NCBI GenBank assembly: GCA_032718475.1
Contig: JAUCBJ010006848.1
Coordinates: 8,143-72,142, forward strand
DNA: 64,000 nt
Reading direction: 5' to 3'
Source of the DNA: Nemertoderma westbladi
Taxonomy: Eukaryota; Animalia; Xenacoelomorpha
Shown: positions 13,891 to 25,765 of the stretch, one piece after another
How the letters are laid out: the number at the start of each line of letters is the position of its first letter
Numbering within the stretch: the first letter of the stretch is position 1
The notes under the pieces: generated by a model
Told to the model about the DNA's origin: nothing
Database searches by the model: none
The model's input: only the letters and a program-made list of their open reading frames with translations
Made by a program: the position numbers and the translations under genes

Positions 13891-15445
13891 CCATGTGAAG
13901 AATACTAGGTTTTCACCAAAACCACAGGTTACAGAAGGGCTGAATCTAACCAAAACAATAAACGAATTACAGTAGTATATGTACAGGTTATAAGACAGAA
14001 ATAAGCGCTATAAAACACTTAATAAAGATAAATTAAAAAAATAAAAAATCTTCATATATAAAATTCCAATAAAAAGTCGACCGAAAAGTGAAATCCTGGT
14101 ATTGTTCACATGGGCGTACTGCTGATCTGATTGCTGCAATAATTTTTGCATCTGTTCGGTTGCACCCAACCGAACCATACCCTCTCGGATACCATACCCG
14201 CCGGCCGCGGTTCCTCTTAAGTAAACCTGAGTAAATGAATTTAAATAATAAGTTAATTAATAAGTTAAGCCTTCTTATAGTAAGTCTAGCTACGTAGTAA
14301 TTATATACGGGATTATAATAAATAAATTACCTTTCTTGTAATCTTAAGGCCCGGGTTCTCACCTTGAATCAATCCTCGCGCCCACGCGCTCAGGCCCTTC
14401 GCGATTTCAGGTACGGCCCGCCCCTCCTACTCCACTCTGCTCGCTTCCTCTCCACTCCGATTTTCACGTTTTTAGAATATTCGGTGACGGTTCTATTTAA
14501 ACACTATTCTGTGATCAATGGAGATGTTTCTTTATTATATTTTAATATTTGACATTTTATTTATCAAATTTACTAAATTAAGCTTTCTAATTTAAGAGGT
14601 ACACAAACATTTGCTATTTTCATTTAATTAACAGCTTTAATTTCTTTGCATTGCAGAAATTATTTTTTGCAGTTTATAACACCAGACATGTCTGAAACGC
14701 AGGTTAAATAAGCAATAATAACTAACGCACGTAGGCCTTTGTCTTGATTGAGATATGACAACAGACACGTCATTGTAATTTGAAACCCTGGCCTCTCATT
14801 GGCTAGTAACTGGCGAAGCTATAATAATTAAATTGATGAATGTGAATGAAAATGAAATTAAGATTGGTTCGCTTATGAAGTTATCGGTATTATTAATTGT
14901 TAATATTTATAATTGTTAATAACGGAAATATTGTTGTAAATTCGTTAAAGTGGTGCATTGATAGTAGGTATTCATACTTGGTATTCATATTACGAGTTAT
15001 TCATACTAGCACAGAATACCTCGTAAGTTTTAAGTTAATAATTAATTGTAAAGCCGCAGGTAAAACCGCAGCTGTGCCAATGAGTTAGAGGATGGCCTAC
15101 TAAATATTAAACTAAATATTATTATATTATTATTGTAATGGGACAAGTCCTACAATTAAATTGTGTAAGTAAGAAATAACAATAACTATTGTTAGTAAAA
15201 AAACTTATCATTCATTCATTGTGTCAACATAATCAAATTGAATTGATAAAATTATGAAGCAAATTATATATTTATTTATTCTTTAAGCCGCACCAGAGAG
15301 GCACAACAATTGTACTATAAAGATTTATAGGAAAATGTTCGGGGAGGAATATATTACGGGTCAAGGTGTAATTAGTTGCATAAATAAATTGAATATATAT
15401 TTTATCAATATTGCTAAACATTACAATATTAAATTGATTAATTAC

Positions 15446-18400
15446 GTGCATCCCGCTCGATAAGTTTAGTTCGCGATCGTCTCCTGAAGGTTTCCTTCTC
15501 TTCCGACTTAGAGGCCCGAAACCTGCTTGTGAACCACAACCTGAACCGCTCCAACAAGAACGTCTCGGATATCTCGAGGAAATTAAGGATCCGACCAAGC
15601 CTCCCGGTAGGGGAACGGAAGTTGATGAGCGACCGATCAAAGTTAGTTCACTCACTGAACAATGCGGCAAACAACGAGGAGGTAAGTTTCAGTTTGCGAT
15701 CGGACGGTTCAATTTGGAAGTTTGAACACCACGAAGATGGAAAGTGGAAACGCAACCGCCAATGGAACCATCAACAAGTTAGCGATGACCATACGAGAAA
15801 TCACGCGTCGGAATCATCGCGGCCCTCAGTCGGAGTTCTCTCCCAGGCCCAGGGAAACAAGTAAAGGGAGGGTCTAGCCCAGCACTGGGACCGTTCATTA
15901 AGTGTTGTCATTTTAATGCTCGCTCATTAAAAAATAAACTGATAGAGTTACAATATTTACTATCTGATCAACAATACGATATAGTTTGCATAACTGAGAC
16001 GTGGCTTAATAACGATGTACCAAATTCTTTACTAGTGAATGGAAGTAACTACTCGGTAATTGCCAGGGCTGACCGTAAACTCCGCGAGGGTGGAGGCGCC
16101 GCGATTTTAGCTCGTAACAATCTTAAATGTGTCGAAGTACCTCTCCCTGCTAACTCAAACAATACTGAATACTCGTTGGTGGTCATTGATATATTAGGCC
16201 ATCTCGCTCTCTCCCATCGGTTAGCCTGTGTGTATAGGCCACCTCCCCGTCCGGATGTTTCAGATCACAGTCAGATCCTCTGGAATGAACTATCAGTTCT
16301 TTGTGATGTTGTTTTTCCGTTTACCATTGTAGGTGATTTTAATTTTCCCCAATTCGATTGGAAAGAATTTTCTTACCCCGACAATTACCTGTATAATAAA
16401 TTCGGTGATTTTGTGTTACAAAATAGTTTATACCAGATCCAGTTAGTCCCCACTTGTGGAGATAATGTTCTGGATCTAGTGTTTACTACTGACCGGAAAT
16501 TTATCAGCGACGTTCACACTGACGCGCCGTTTTCCACTAGTAACCACGATTGTGTTGTGTTTGATATCATTGTATGTAGAAATGACAGTGCACCTGCACC
16601 TATTACGGGATACTATGACTACTCAAACGGAGACTATACTTCTTTTAATAATTATATTAGAAATGCTGATCTTATTTCACAGCTTGCTTCTTGTACTACA
16701 GTGAATGAATATTACAATACTTTTAGTGCTGTAATTAAATCAGGTGTTGAACAATTTGTTCCTTTTAAATCGTTTAATGTCGATAAAAGAAAAAGTTATC
16801 CTTTATATGTTAAGCGCCTGCAGCGCGCAAAAAAAAAGCTGTGGAAAAGGCGTAATACCGAGCATGGGAAACAGGCGTATCAGCGGGTGGCACTACTAGC
16901 TTCGAAAGCGGCTCTTCGTGCCATCTGCGCATACGAAACTAAAATTCTCAACTCGGCCGACCCCAATAAAATATTTAAATATATGAACTCCAAAAGGAAG
17001 GATCGTAATGTAATTGGACCTTTGAAACACAACGGCGAAACTGTAGTAGATGACAGTACTAAGGCGAAAATTTTCGCCGACGTGCTAGCGGAAAATTTTT
17101 CGAATGACAACCACAGTGTCCCAATATTCAACCGTAGGGTTCCTACTGGTACATCTTTGTCTACTGTAGATTTATCCCCAGTTCGTGTGTTAACAATGTT
17201 AACTAAAATGCCAGCCAAAAAGAGTGCGACGCCAGACAACTTGCCTAGCATTTTATTTGCCAGATTAGCTATTAATATCGCCGCACCACTATCTGTTTTA
17301 GTTATCTCTCGAAACATACACACTTCCATCTGCATGGCTCACAGCTACTATTATACCAATGTTTAAAAAGGGTGATCCTTGTAACCCATACAATTACCGT
17401 CCAATATCGTTAACGTGCATATCTTGTAAAGTGATGGAAATGTGTATAAAAAGTGACATTATTCTGTATCTACGCAATAATAATATTATTTCGAAGTCCC
17501 AACACGGGTTTCTTCATCGTAAATCCACGTGTACCCAGCTATTAGATTGTGTGACTGACTGGTTTCGTATTTTAGATAAACGTAGGAATATCGATATTAT
17601 TTATGTTGACTTTGCCAAAGCTTTCGATTCTGTAGTTAAATCAAAATTATTGTGTAAGTTAGCTGCTTATGGGATTTCTGGAAATCTACTAGATTGGTTG
17701 AATGCTTTCCTCTCAAACAGATCTCAACAAATTATTGTCGGAAATGAGTTTTCACCATTAGTTGCTGTGAAATCAGGCACACCCCAAGGAAGTGTTCTGG
17801 GACCAGTGCTATTTCTTGTTTTCATTAACGATCTGCCAGACCTGTTAAATCCCATAACAGTGAAACTTTTTGCTGATGATGTGAAATTGTATTCTAGTAC
17901 AACAGAGAGTGAATCCCTCGCCCAAGCACTCAGCAAGCTGGAGGCATGGGCGAGCGAATGGCAGCTCTCTATTGCAACCCATAAATGTATTGTTATTTAT
18001 GTTGGCTCATCCAATGCGAAGCGCGAATACACTCTCAATTCGTCTGTGCTCACCTCTGATACACACTGTAAGGACCTGGGCCTAACAATTTCATCCGATC
18101 TAAAATTCGATCTTTATTGTAGAGACCAAACAGCAAAAGCTTACAAAGTTATCAATATGTTATTCCGGAGCATCGTAACTAGTAACCGTCAAGCTTTAAT
18201 AATAGCTTATAAAGCCATAGCTCGGCCACTTGTAGAATATTGCACGCCTGTCTGGTCTCCACATACAAAACGCAGCATAGACATGATTGAGGGTGTTCAA
18301 CGCTACTTTACTCGTCGTCTGTTTATGCGCTGTAAGATACCCTACTCTAGCTACATGGACCGCCTCGAACTGCTTTCCCTACAACCTTTAGAAGTGCGTC

Positions 18401-18558
18401 GAATGATATTCGACCTAAAAATGGTTTACAAAATTACACACGGTCTTGTTGATCTTGACTTTGATAATTATTTCTCTCAAGCTCCCCGAGCTGGTCTTCG
18501 TGGCAACAGTAGGAAACTTTACGTACCTAGGTGTCGTTTAGATATCAGCAAACATTCT
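15446..18558 (+). mobile_element. CR1-type LINE, 5' part (ORF1 C-terminus plus ORF2), 5'-truncated
   Basis: ORF1-like remnant at 15529-15864. APE motifs FNARSLKNK, ITETWL, GDFN, LDLVF. RT motifs NYRPISLT, DFAKAFD, PQGSVLGP, FADD. The 5' boundary is approximate. Confidence 0.9.
15865..18558 (+). pseudogene. CR1 ORF2 (endonuclease-reverse transcriptase), disrupted
   Basis: Frameshift near 17300 (reads on as LSLETYTLPSAWLTATIIPMFKKG); interrupted at 18559; C-terminus resumes at 34985. Confidence 0.9.
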
Positions 18559-19201
18559 GGATCTAGGACACTTCCCCCCCGGACACTTCCCCCCCGGACA
18601 CTTCCCCCCCGCCCAAGTAGGACACTTCCCCCCCGGACACTTCCCCCCCGGACACTTGCCCCCCGGACACTTCCCCCCCAGTTAAAGTGTTACAATTAAT
18701 CTGGGTGCATCAAAGCAATAAACAAAAGTTAAAGATGGTTACAGGACAAGTTGTATCTAGACAAGTTTTTTCAAAATTATAAAAGAAACATTTTTATAGT
18801 CAAATTTTGTTTGTTTTTCTTTTAATTCCTTTAAATCTTTTAATTTCTTTTAATTGGGGGCTGCCGCCCCCAAACCCCCGCTTCTTTTGTTGGGGGCTAC
18901 CGCCCCCAAACCCCCGCTTCTTTTCTTGGGGGCTGCCGCCCCCAAACCCCCGCTTCTTTTCTTGGGGGTTATCGCCCCCAGACCCCGGCATTTCCCTGAG
19001 TGCCCGTGGTGAAAGACCACTTTGAAATAATTAATTCATGTTTGTATCATCAGATAATAAATTGTGATGAATTATTTCACTATAAGATAGCATTTGTAGT
19101 TTAACTTTAACGTAAAAACTTTCGAAAATCCGACGCATTTTGATTAAGTTACTGTAATGTAATATGCCTATTCATATTTGTACACATAAAACCCTTAGGT
19201 A

Positions 19202-19280
19202 CTCTCGTGGCGTAGTGGTCAGATTGTTAAGGCGTTGGTTACATTACAGATAGGTTACGAGTTCGAATCCCGGTCGGGAA
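19202..19280 (+). ncRNA. tRNA-like Pol III cassette in the LTR (second copy at ~32109-32187)
   Basis: A box TGGCGTAGTGG, B box GTTCGAATCC, TTTT ~10 nt downstream; cloverleaf stems degenerate. Confidence 0.6.
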
Positions 19281-19356
19281 ATTTGTATTTTGGGGCCATT
19301 TATTTTCGTTTGGTGCTAATTGGTGGACCAATGAGAAGCGTACAACGTAGCGAATC

Positions 19357-19600
19357 ATGAGCCAGGCCAATCATAGGGCATAAATTATCTTATTGCTCAA
19401 ATGTGAGGCAATGGAAAATTCTGTTAGGATTCCATGTCCCAGATTAGTGTAAGGGCCGGATTGCGTTGAACGATGAGCTGGGCCAATCATAGGGCACAAA
19501 ACACTTTATTGCTCAAATGTGAAGCTGTGGAAAATTCTGTTTGGTTTCCATGTGCGATATTTAGTATAAAAGGCCGGTTTGCCTTCGGTTATCACTTCTT
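19357..19600 (+). promoter_or_regulatory. LTR Pol II promoter
   Basis: Two ~116-bp-spaced repeats each carrying GGCCAATCA (19357, 19473); TATAAAA at ~19565; TCACTT Inr-like site at ~19592. Confidence 0.6.
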
Positions 19601-22288
19601 AACCCCCTCTATTCGCTATATCTTTAGTAAATTGTTGTTAGTTTATTTGGTTTCTTGTTGAAACTTTATTTGATAAATCCTTTGTAAAACTGTAAATATA
19701 CTGCAAATTCCTGAACATGTTTTCTTTTGGTCCAACTTTGGGACAGCCAAACATCGGGAAGATGACAGCCTAGACCGTTAGGCCGTAAGCAACGCAGGGA
19801 AAAGATGTCCACAACACGCTAGCGCCCACATTGGATTGACCGCGCACCCCCTTGCCCTTCGAAATACTCCACTTGCCATGCAGCGCCCGCTTTGTGAGAA
19901 AGGTAAGACTTTGTTCGACGCCCTTGCCCGCCGTAAGACCTATAGATCAGGGTAAGCGTGACGCCGTCCTGGACGCCGCAAATTTAGGATCAAATAATTA
20001 TATTCAGACAGAAACACCCCCCCCTTGTCAGTCCTACGAACCCCTGGGTTAACCTGTACTTCCTACAGGTGCGAACTATTGCCATTCGTCAGTACGCGAG
20101 TACATAGGTACGGACAGCATATGTTCCATAATTTAGTGATTCGTAGTATTGACTGTTTGGTACCGGTTCGCTTTGTAGAACGTACATTAGTACCCCCCCC
20201 CCCCCCCTGTCTGGAGTTAGCTATTTGATCAGGCAAGGAGTATTTCTGCTACCGGCACACTGCTTGGCCTAGGGAGGTTTATTAATATCCTACCGCGCCT
20301 TGCCACGTACTGATAGGTATTGCTGCTAACTACCGCGGCAACAAAGTTCTAGAATTAAATTAGTATACCAGATCAGCTAACGTACGGTAGCGATTAACCC
20401 CTATTTCTTATCTTACAACCAGAATCTGGTATTAGTGCCGATCACGGGTGTAGTTACTAACACCGTGGCTGCCCATTGGGTTGTGGATAGGAAGGAGAGA
20501 GCTTTGACGTCATTTGTGAGTATAAAGTTCTACAAAACGCGACTAGTTTATTTTAGTAGCTAGCGCACGGTATCATTTCGGTCAGAAAATCACTAAAACC
20601 TAGTAAAAGGAAATACATGAAATTGTTTTATTTGTAACACACCCACACACACACGCCCTAAAACATATTGCCCTTAGAGTTCTACTAGCTATAGCGCACT
20701 ATACATTACTTTAGGTGGAAATTATCTGTATTTGTAAAATTAGGATCTGATTTAGTTGCGGCAATAAGGAGTATTTCACTTTCGTTATTAACTGTTGTTT
20801 TCTGTCCAGCAGTATTGTTACATTTAGGCCTGACCCTTTAGACTGATTTTGTACAGGGGGATCAGTTATCATTACATTTAGGCACAACCTTTTAGGCTGA
20901 TTTAGACAGGGGTAATCAGCATTGTTACACTAGGTCTGTTAACCACCTAGTTCGTATATAAACCATATAAATCACACCGCGGCAAGTTACTGTATTTAGG
21001 ACTGTCAGTGATAGTTAGGCTTCGCTGCGCGGGGATTGTTTTCCCGTGAGTTTGGTCTGTTACTGTAACTGTACATCTGCCTCACCGGTTAGAGGACAGG
21101 TATCCTTTTGTCTAGTACGTAGGCATTAGACCCGCTCACGTACATAGAATAGATACTAGGCTCTGTTCCTCGCCAGTAGTCGTTTTTGTATTGTATCTGT
21201 TTGTTTAGATATCCTGGACTGGGATTTGTTGTCAGATACTGTACGAGCCCGTATACATTACTAGAGTCTCATAGTAAGATACATCGTTACTAGGATCTGG
21301 TAAGCGGTATACTACTGGACCCTTACAGTAGGAAGTATTTATTAAATATCTTAACTGAAAGTGCGTGCACATTTGAAGTGAGATATAGATAAATATTGTT
21401 AGCTATTGAAAGTAGGAGATATTTAAAATTTAAGGTTAGTAAATTTAGTAATTTAGAGCGTCCCCTGCTTCAGTAGGCTTTTAGGGTAGCTAGTACTTTC
21501 GTATTTAATATTTGACTAGCTAACAGTTAGTTTGTAGCAATTTGTTTTACGCCGTGTGTGTGCGGTGTTACTTTCGGTACTTGAAAAGGTACATAGGGTT
21601 TAAAGACCAATTTGTATCGGTACCTAGGAAGATTTTTCGTAAGCGTAGAAGTAAAACTCTCACCTTCGACCCTTTCAGGACTCAAGGACTCATTTCTGGA
21701 CCGCTTCGAGGATTAGACCGCTTTTCGCAAAGTTTGGGAGACAATAAATTCGTCCGCGCCGCCGAAAAACGGAAAGACCCACGTCCGGTTTGTATTTGGG
21801 AATTTGTACGACTGGAAGATCAAAGGAACGTAAGTTTTACGACTCGCGTTGTTCAAACTTAAGAAAGCACAGTAGTACTCAAAATTTGTGGGTTTCACTG
21901 TCTATTAGTAGTGTTGTTGGTACTTATTTTCCCATTAGACATTGCTGTTTTGCCTATTATTTGTACTTGTTGATCTATATTTTGGTAACGTATACCGTTA
22001 TCTCATTTATTCGTACAAATTTAGCCGGTAGGCTAGATTACTACTTATTTTATTATATACCTTGTTAGTTTATTTGTACCGGTTAGGGTATATATATGAT
22101 ATATATATATATCAAGGTAAGTTTGACATTTGTACATTTCGACATTTTGACATTTCGACATTCTGACTTGTTGATTTATTTGTACCGGTTAGGGTATATA
22201 TATACTATATATACCAAGGTAAGTTTGACACTTCAACATTCAGACACTTTGACATTTTATTACCCGTACTTGACGTATATAATAAGAC

Positions 22289-25200
22289 ATGAGTGACACA
22301 CCCCATTCGACGAGATACCCACCTACCGACTATGACTCGTGCGACCCGGACAGATCGACAGTAGACGAACCGAGAAGGAGAACCCGAGATTCCACCGATG
22401 TCACACCGCTTGCGTCGCCGGTACCCCGAACGGAAATTCCGGAAGCCGCAACGCGTGGCGACGGCAGAATCGAAGATTTCCTTACCGTCCCGCAGACTAG
22501 ATCGCGGGAACCGGACATGGTAAGTTCGACTGGAAGCCAGGAGAACGTTATTAGGAGTATAGGAGGACACATGGCCCAGATTACTCGAAACTTCGGAGAA
22601 GGTTTTCGCCTTTTACGCGAGTTAACCGCCCCGATGTCGAGATACGAGTTCTACGCCTTACAGGTAAGGATAGAAAGTAGGGTACATGCCTCCATAGATA
22701 AACTTAAAGGTTTACACGAACTTGCAGAGTTGCGTGGCGACAACTTTACTCAGGTAAAGATAATCGATAAGTTGGTAAGTGCGAGGGAAAGCCTCATTCA
22801 GTTTAAGTCGGTTGTAGGATCAACTCAGCAAGAACAACTCGACCAACTGTTAGGTGAATCAGTTTCGGAAGCGTTGTTACAACCCGAAGAGGAAGAAGAA
22901 CTATACTGCCTGGACGGGAGGTTAGGGACGCTCACCAATTTTCTTCGTAGATGCGGAGTACCGATCGAAGAACCGGAAGTTGTACCGAGAGAGACGACGG
23001 AAGTTCTATCTACGGAAGGCTCGCGAGCCTACCAAATTCCACCACTGGATAGATCATTCGTTAGTGTACGGAGCGACGTTGGCGACGTTAGTAGAACAGC
23101 GTCTGTAATTATTCGACAACAACAGGAGGTCGCACGCCGACAACAAGTTGCCGAGGAAGAAGCGCAACTACAGATGGCACAGATCGCCATCGAAGGAGAA
23201 AAACAGCGCAGAGAGGATGTAGCGAAACTTGCGAAACTTCAAGCACAGGCTGAGTTCGAAGCATCAGAGATGCGGAGACTGGAGGAGGACTTAGCGCGAG
23301 AAGCGGCCGCGGCGGCAGCAGTTGACGAGCTAGCACGACAGGCAGCGGCGGCAGCCGACGAGTTAGCACGAGTTGCGGCGGTAAACGCAGCTGAGTTAGC
23401 ACGGAAGAAAGCAGCATCCGACGCTCGTGCCAAGTTGGAGGCGCGACAAATAAACGCTCGTTTAGCGATACATGAAGCTGAGTTAGCGGCACAACAACAG
23501 GAAGCAGATCGACGCGAAAGAGAGATGCAGCTCCAGTTCGAACTGAATCGTAGATCGCGCGAGGCAGCGAACGCGCAAGCGAACCTCGAACTCGACGCGA
23601 GAGATAGATCTATAAGGTCTCGAACTGGACACGACTTGTCTGCCCTGGATCGCATGGAGACTCGATATCGCGGAATCCAGAAGCGAATCAAGGAAGGAAG
23701 TGTGGGAGCGATAGATCGAGGAGAGGAGTTCGTCGAGGATTACTGTAAACGTTTTCCCCAAGTTATTCCTATGCTCAAACCCACGACTCAGATAAAACCG
23801 GTCTTTGTTACGAAACCTAAGGAAATAATGCCTGTGCGCCCGACGCAAGGTAGCAGGTTTGTTGTGATGGAAATACCGCAACCTAGGGCGACTTCATCGC
23901 CAATTTTAGCAGGTAACATAACTAGTCCACGTACAGTAAGTCGTAGTTTACTTGTGGAGAGAGACGAACCTGCGTTTATGACAGTGAAACAGGTGAGTAA
24001 ACCATTGCAAGTTAAACCGGTGACGTGCTGCGCGAACCCAGTCATTTATAAACCTACAGTAGAACTTAACTCAGATGTTTTTACTAGACCTCTCACCCAA
24101 TGTTTATCGAGACCTACGACTTCGTGGAAGGCTTGCGAGCCTGCCGAACAACGAAGGACGATGGATGTGGGTAATACCCACAGGATCGAACCGAGTTCAA
24201 CGAGACCTACGACTTCGTGGAAGGCTTGCGAGCCTACCGAACAACGGAGAGCCGTAGATCCCAGACCACAACGAACTCGACCAAGAATAATACGCCGGAC
24301 GCGAACCCACCAACCACCTTATCCGGACGACAGCGATTCATCCAGTGACTCGGAGTCGACGGAACGGGAAATATTCCGTACTGGAGCGGCAGCGGCAGCG
24401 CATTACAAACGGGAGGAACGATCGACGAACCCCTATATCGATAATCCTCCACGAGAAACACCCCAACAGAAACCCACGTTGCAACCAGCGGAAGCGATCA
24501 GCACCAACAGACTCGCCGAAATAATGCGACCTGTAACGGACCAACTAGCTCAACTCGAAGAGCGACTCGAAGCGCAACCGTCGGATCGATCACGAACCAG
24601 CGTGCAGTTAGAACAACCTGAACAACATCGACCACCAAGGAGAGAACAGGAGACTAGACAGACTCCGACCCCTCGAGAAGATCCCATTAATAATTCCTAC
24701 CGACGAACAACGCACGGAAGGGAGCGACTGGACGACGCCACCGAACAGGGACGCGGACAGTTGGACTTAGTTAGCGAGATTGCGAAATTCGCGGCTAGAC
24801 ACGGATTACCGGCACAGCAACCGCCGAAGTTCTCTGGCAACGCGAAACACTGGCGCACACTGGTAGACTACGTAGAGTCCCAGATCGCTAAGTGTGCTTT
24901 CACCTCGATGGAGAAGTTTAATTACTTGCTCCAAGTTCTGTCTGGTGAGCTGAAACGATTAGCGGAAACCTTTATTGGAGTTCCCGATGCCTTTGAGTTG
25001 GCGTACGACCGTTTATATTCGATTTACGGAGGTAACGTCGCCATGGCTAAATCCATTAATGAAGACCTCTGCAGAGGAGGCAACATTTCGAAACCGATCC
25101 ACCTTTTACGACTCGCGGACGAAATCAAGAACGCTATAGGGACTTTACGATCTATTGGACAACTCGAGCATGCTAACGCACCGACGGTTCTCATTCGAAT

Positions 25201-25765
25201 AATCGGTCGACTTCACCATCGACTACGACGAGAATGGCGACGCATCGAGTACCAGCGTGAAGAGGCCGGAGGGTTATTAAAACTCACCGATGTCTATCAA
25301 CTGATTTCACGGGAGGCCGTGATCGAGACTCGATCGAACTATACCGATCACCATATCGCGGTGGAAGGGATAGCTGTTTCTGCGCCGACTCGGACAAAAC
25401 CGTTTCCGATGAACGCGAAAGCCGTTACTTACGCCACCCCTACTGAGACTTCTAAAGTTCTGAAGCCTATCGGCACCACGCAGCCACGACAACAGTTGCC
25501 GGCGGACTTTGTGGGATGCTCATACTGCGAGCGGAACGGCAGAAACTATAGCGGACATAAACTACGTGGATGTCGCGCTTTTAAAGAGTTAGGGATCGAG
25601 GAGAGGAGACTCCAAATCCGATCTCTAGATTCCTGTTGGAGATGTATGAAGCCAGGACACGTCCGGAAGGATTGCCCGAGCGACGATATATGTTCTCTGT
25701 GTAGACGTAACCATGACGCGTTGCTTCACACAACCAGTCATACTCCGACCACACGCTTTCGATGA
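22289..25765 (+). CDS. gag: BEL/Pao Gag (1158 aa)
   Basis: Long coiled coil; PPKFSGNAKHW...EKFNYLLQVLSG capsid-like region; C-terminal triple Cys/His knuckles (CSYC..H..C, CWRCMKPGHVRKDC, CSLCRRNH). Confidence 0.9.
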   Translation: MSDTPHSTRYPPTDYDSCDPDRSTVDEPRRRTRDSTDVTPLASPVPRTEIPEAATRGDGRIEDFLTVPQTRSREPDMVSSTGSQENVIRSIGGHMAQITRNFGEGFRLLRELTAPMSRYEFYALQVRIESRVHASIDKLKGLHELAELRGDNFTQVKIIDKLVSARESLIQFKSVVGSTQQEQLDQLLGESVSEALLQPEEEEELYCLDGRLGTLTNFLRRCGVPIEEPEVVPRETTEVLSTEGSRAYQIPPLDRSFVSVRSDVGDVSRTASVIIRQQQEVARRQQVAEEEAQLQMAQIAIEGEKQRREDVAKLAKLQAQAEFEASEMRRLEEDLAREAAAAAAVDELARQAAAAADELARVAAVNAAELARKKAASDARAKLEARQINARLAIHEAELAAQQQEADRREREMQLQFELNRRSREAANAQANLELDARDRSIRSRTGHDLSALDRMETRYRGIQKRIKEGSVGAIDRGEEFVEDYCKRFPQVIPMLKPTTQIKPVFVTKPKEIMPVRPTQGSRFVVMEIPQPRATSSPILAGNITSPRTVSRSLLVERDEPAFMTVKQVSKPLQVKPVTCCANPVIYKPTVELNSDVFTRPLTQCLSRPTTSWKACEPAEQRRTMDVGNTHRIEPSSTRPTTSWKACEPTEQRRAVDPRPQRTRPRIIRRTRTHQPPYPDDSDSSSDSESTEREIFRTGAAAAAHYKREERSTNPYIDNPPRETPQQKPTLQPAEAISTNRLAEIMRPVTDQLAQLEERLEAQPSDRSRTSVQLEQPEQHRPPRREQETRQTPTPREDPINNSYRRTTHGRERLDDATEQGRGQLDLVSEIAKFAARHGLPAQQPPKFSGNAKHWRTLVDYVESQIAKCAFTSMEKFNYLLQVLSGELKRLAETFIGVPDAFELAYDRLYSIYGGNVAMAKSINEDLCRGGNISKPIHLLRLADEIKNAIGTLRSIGQLEHANAPTVLIRIIGRLHHRLRREWRRIEYQREEAGGLLKLTDVYQLISREAVIETRSNYTDHHIAVEGIAVSAPTRTKPFPMNAKAVTYATPTETSKVLKPIGTTQPRQQLPADFVGCSYCERNGRNYSGHKLRGCRAFKELGIEERRLQIRSLDSCWRCMKPGHVRKDCPSDDICSLCRRNHDALLHTTSHTPTTRFR

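Larger units (their letters stand above)
905..14910 (+). repeat. Segmental duplication unit A
   Basis: Collinear high-identity blocks: 905-3023 with 35908-39452; ~7680-7900 plus 9270-11880 with 57555-61160; 14345-14410 with 62731-62798; 14858-14910 with 63866-63915. Confidence 0.85.
19065..21327 (+). repeat. 5' LTR (2263 bp)
   Basis: Runs from TGATGAATTA to GGACCCTTACA; about 99% identical to 31972-34247 by eye (roughly 20 differences). Confidence 0.95.

Noticed and set aside
18559-18699. RTLPP-repeat C-terminus of the RT ORF as a novel domain
   Set aside because: It is read-through into the terminal repeats of the inserted DNA transposon; the true C-terminus resumes at 34985.
19473-20228. 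Short ORFs conserved in both LTRs
   Set aside because: Conservation only reflects LTR identity; poly-C length changes shift the frames.
23109-23881. Antisense ORFs over gag
   Set aside because: Expected shadows of Ala/Glu/Arg-rich GC-rich coding sequence.
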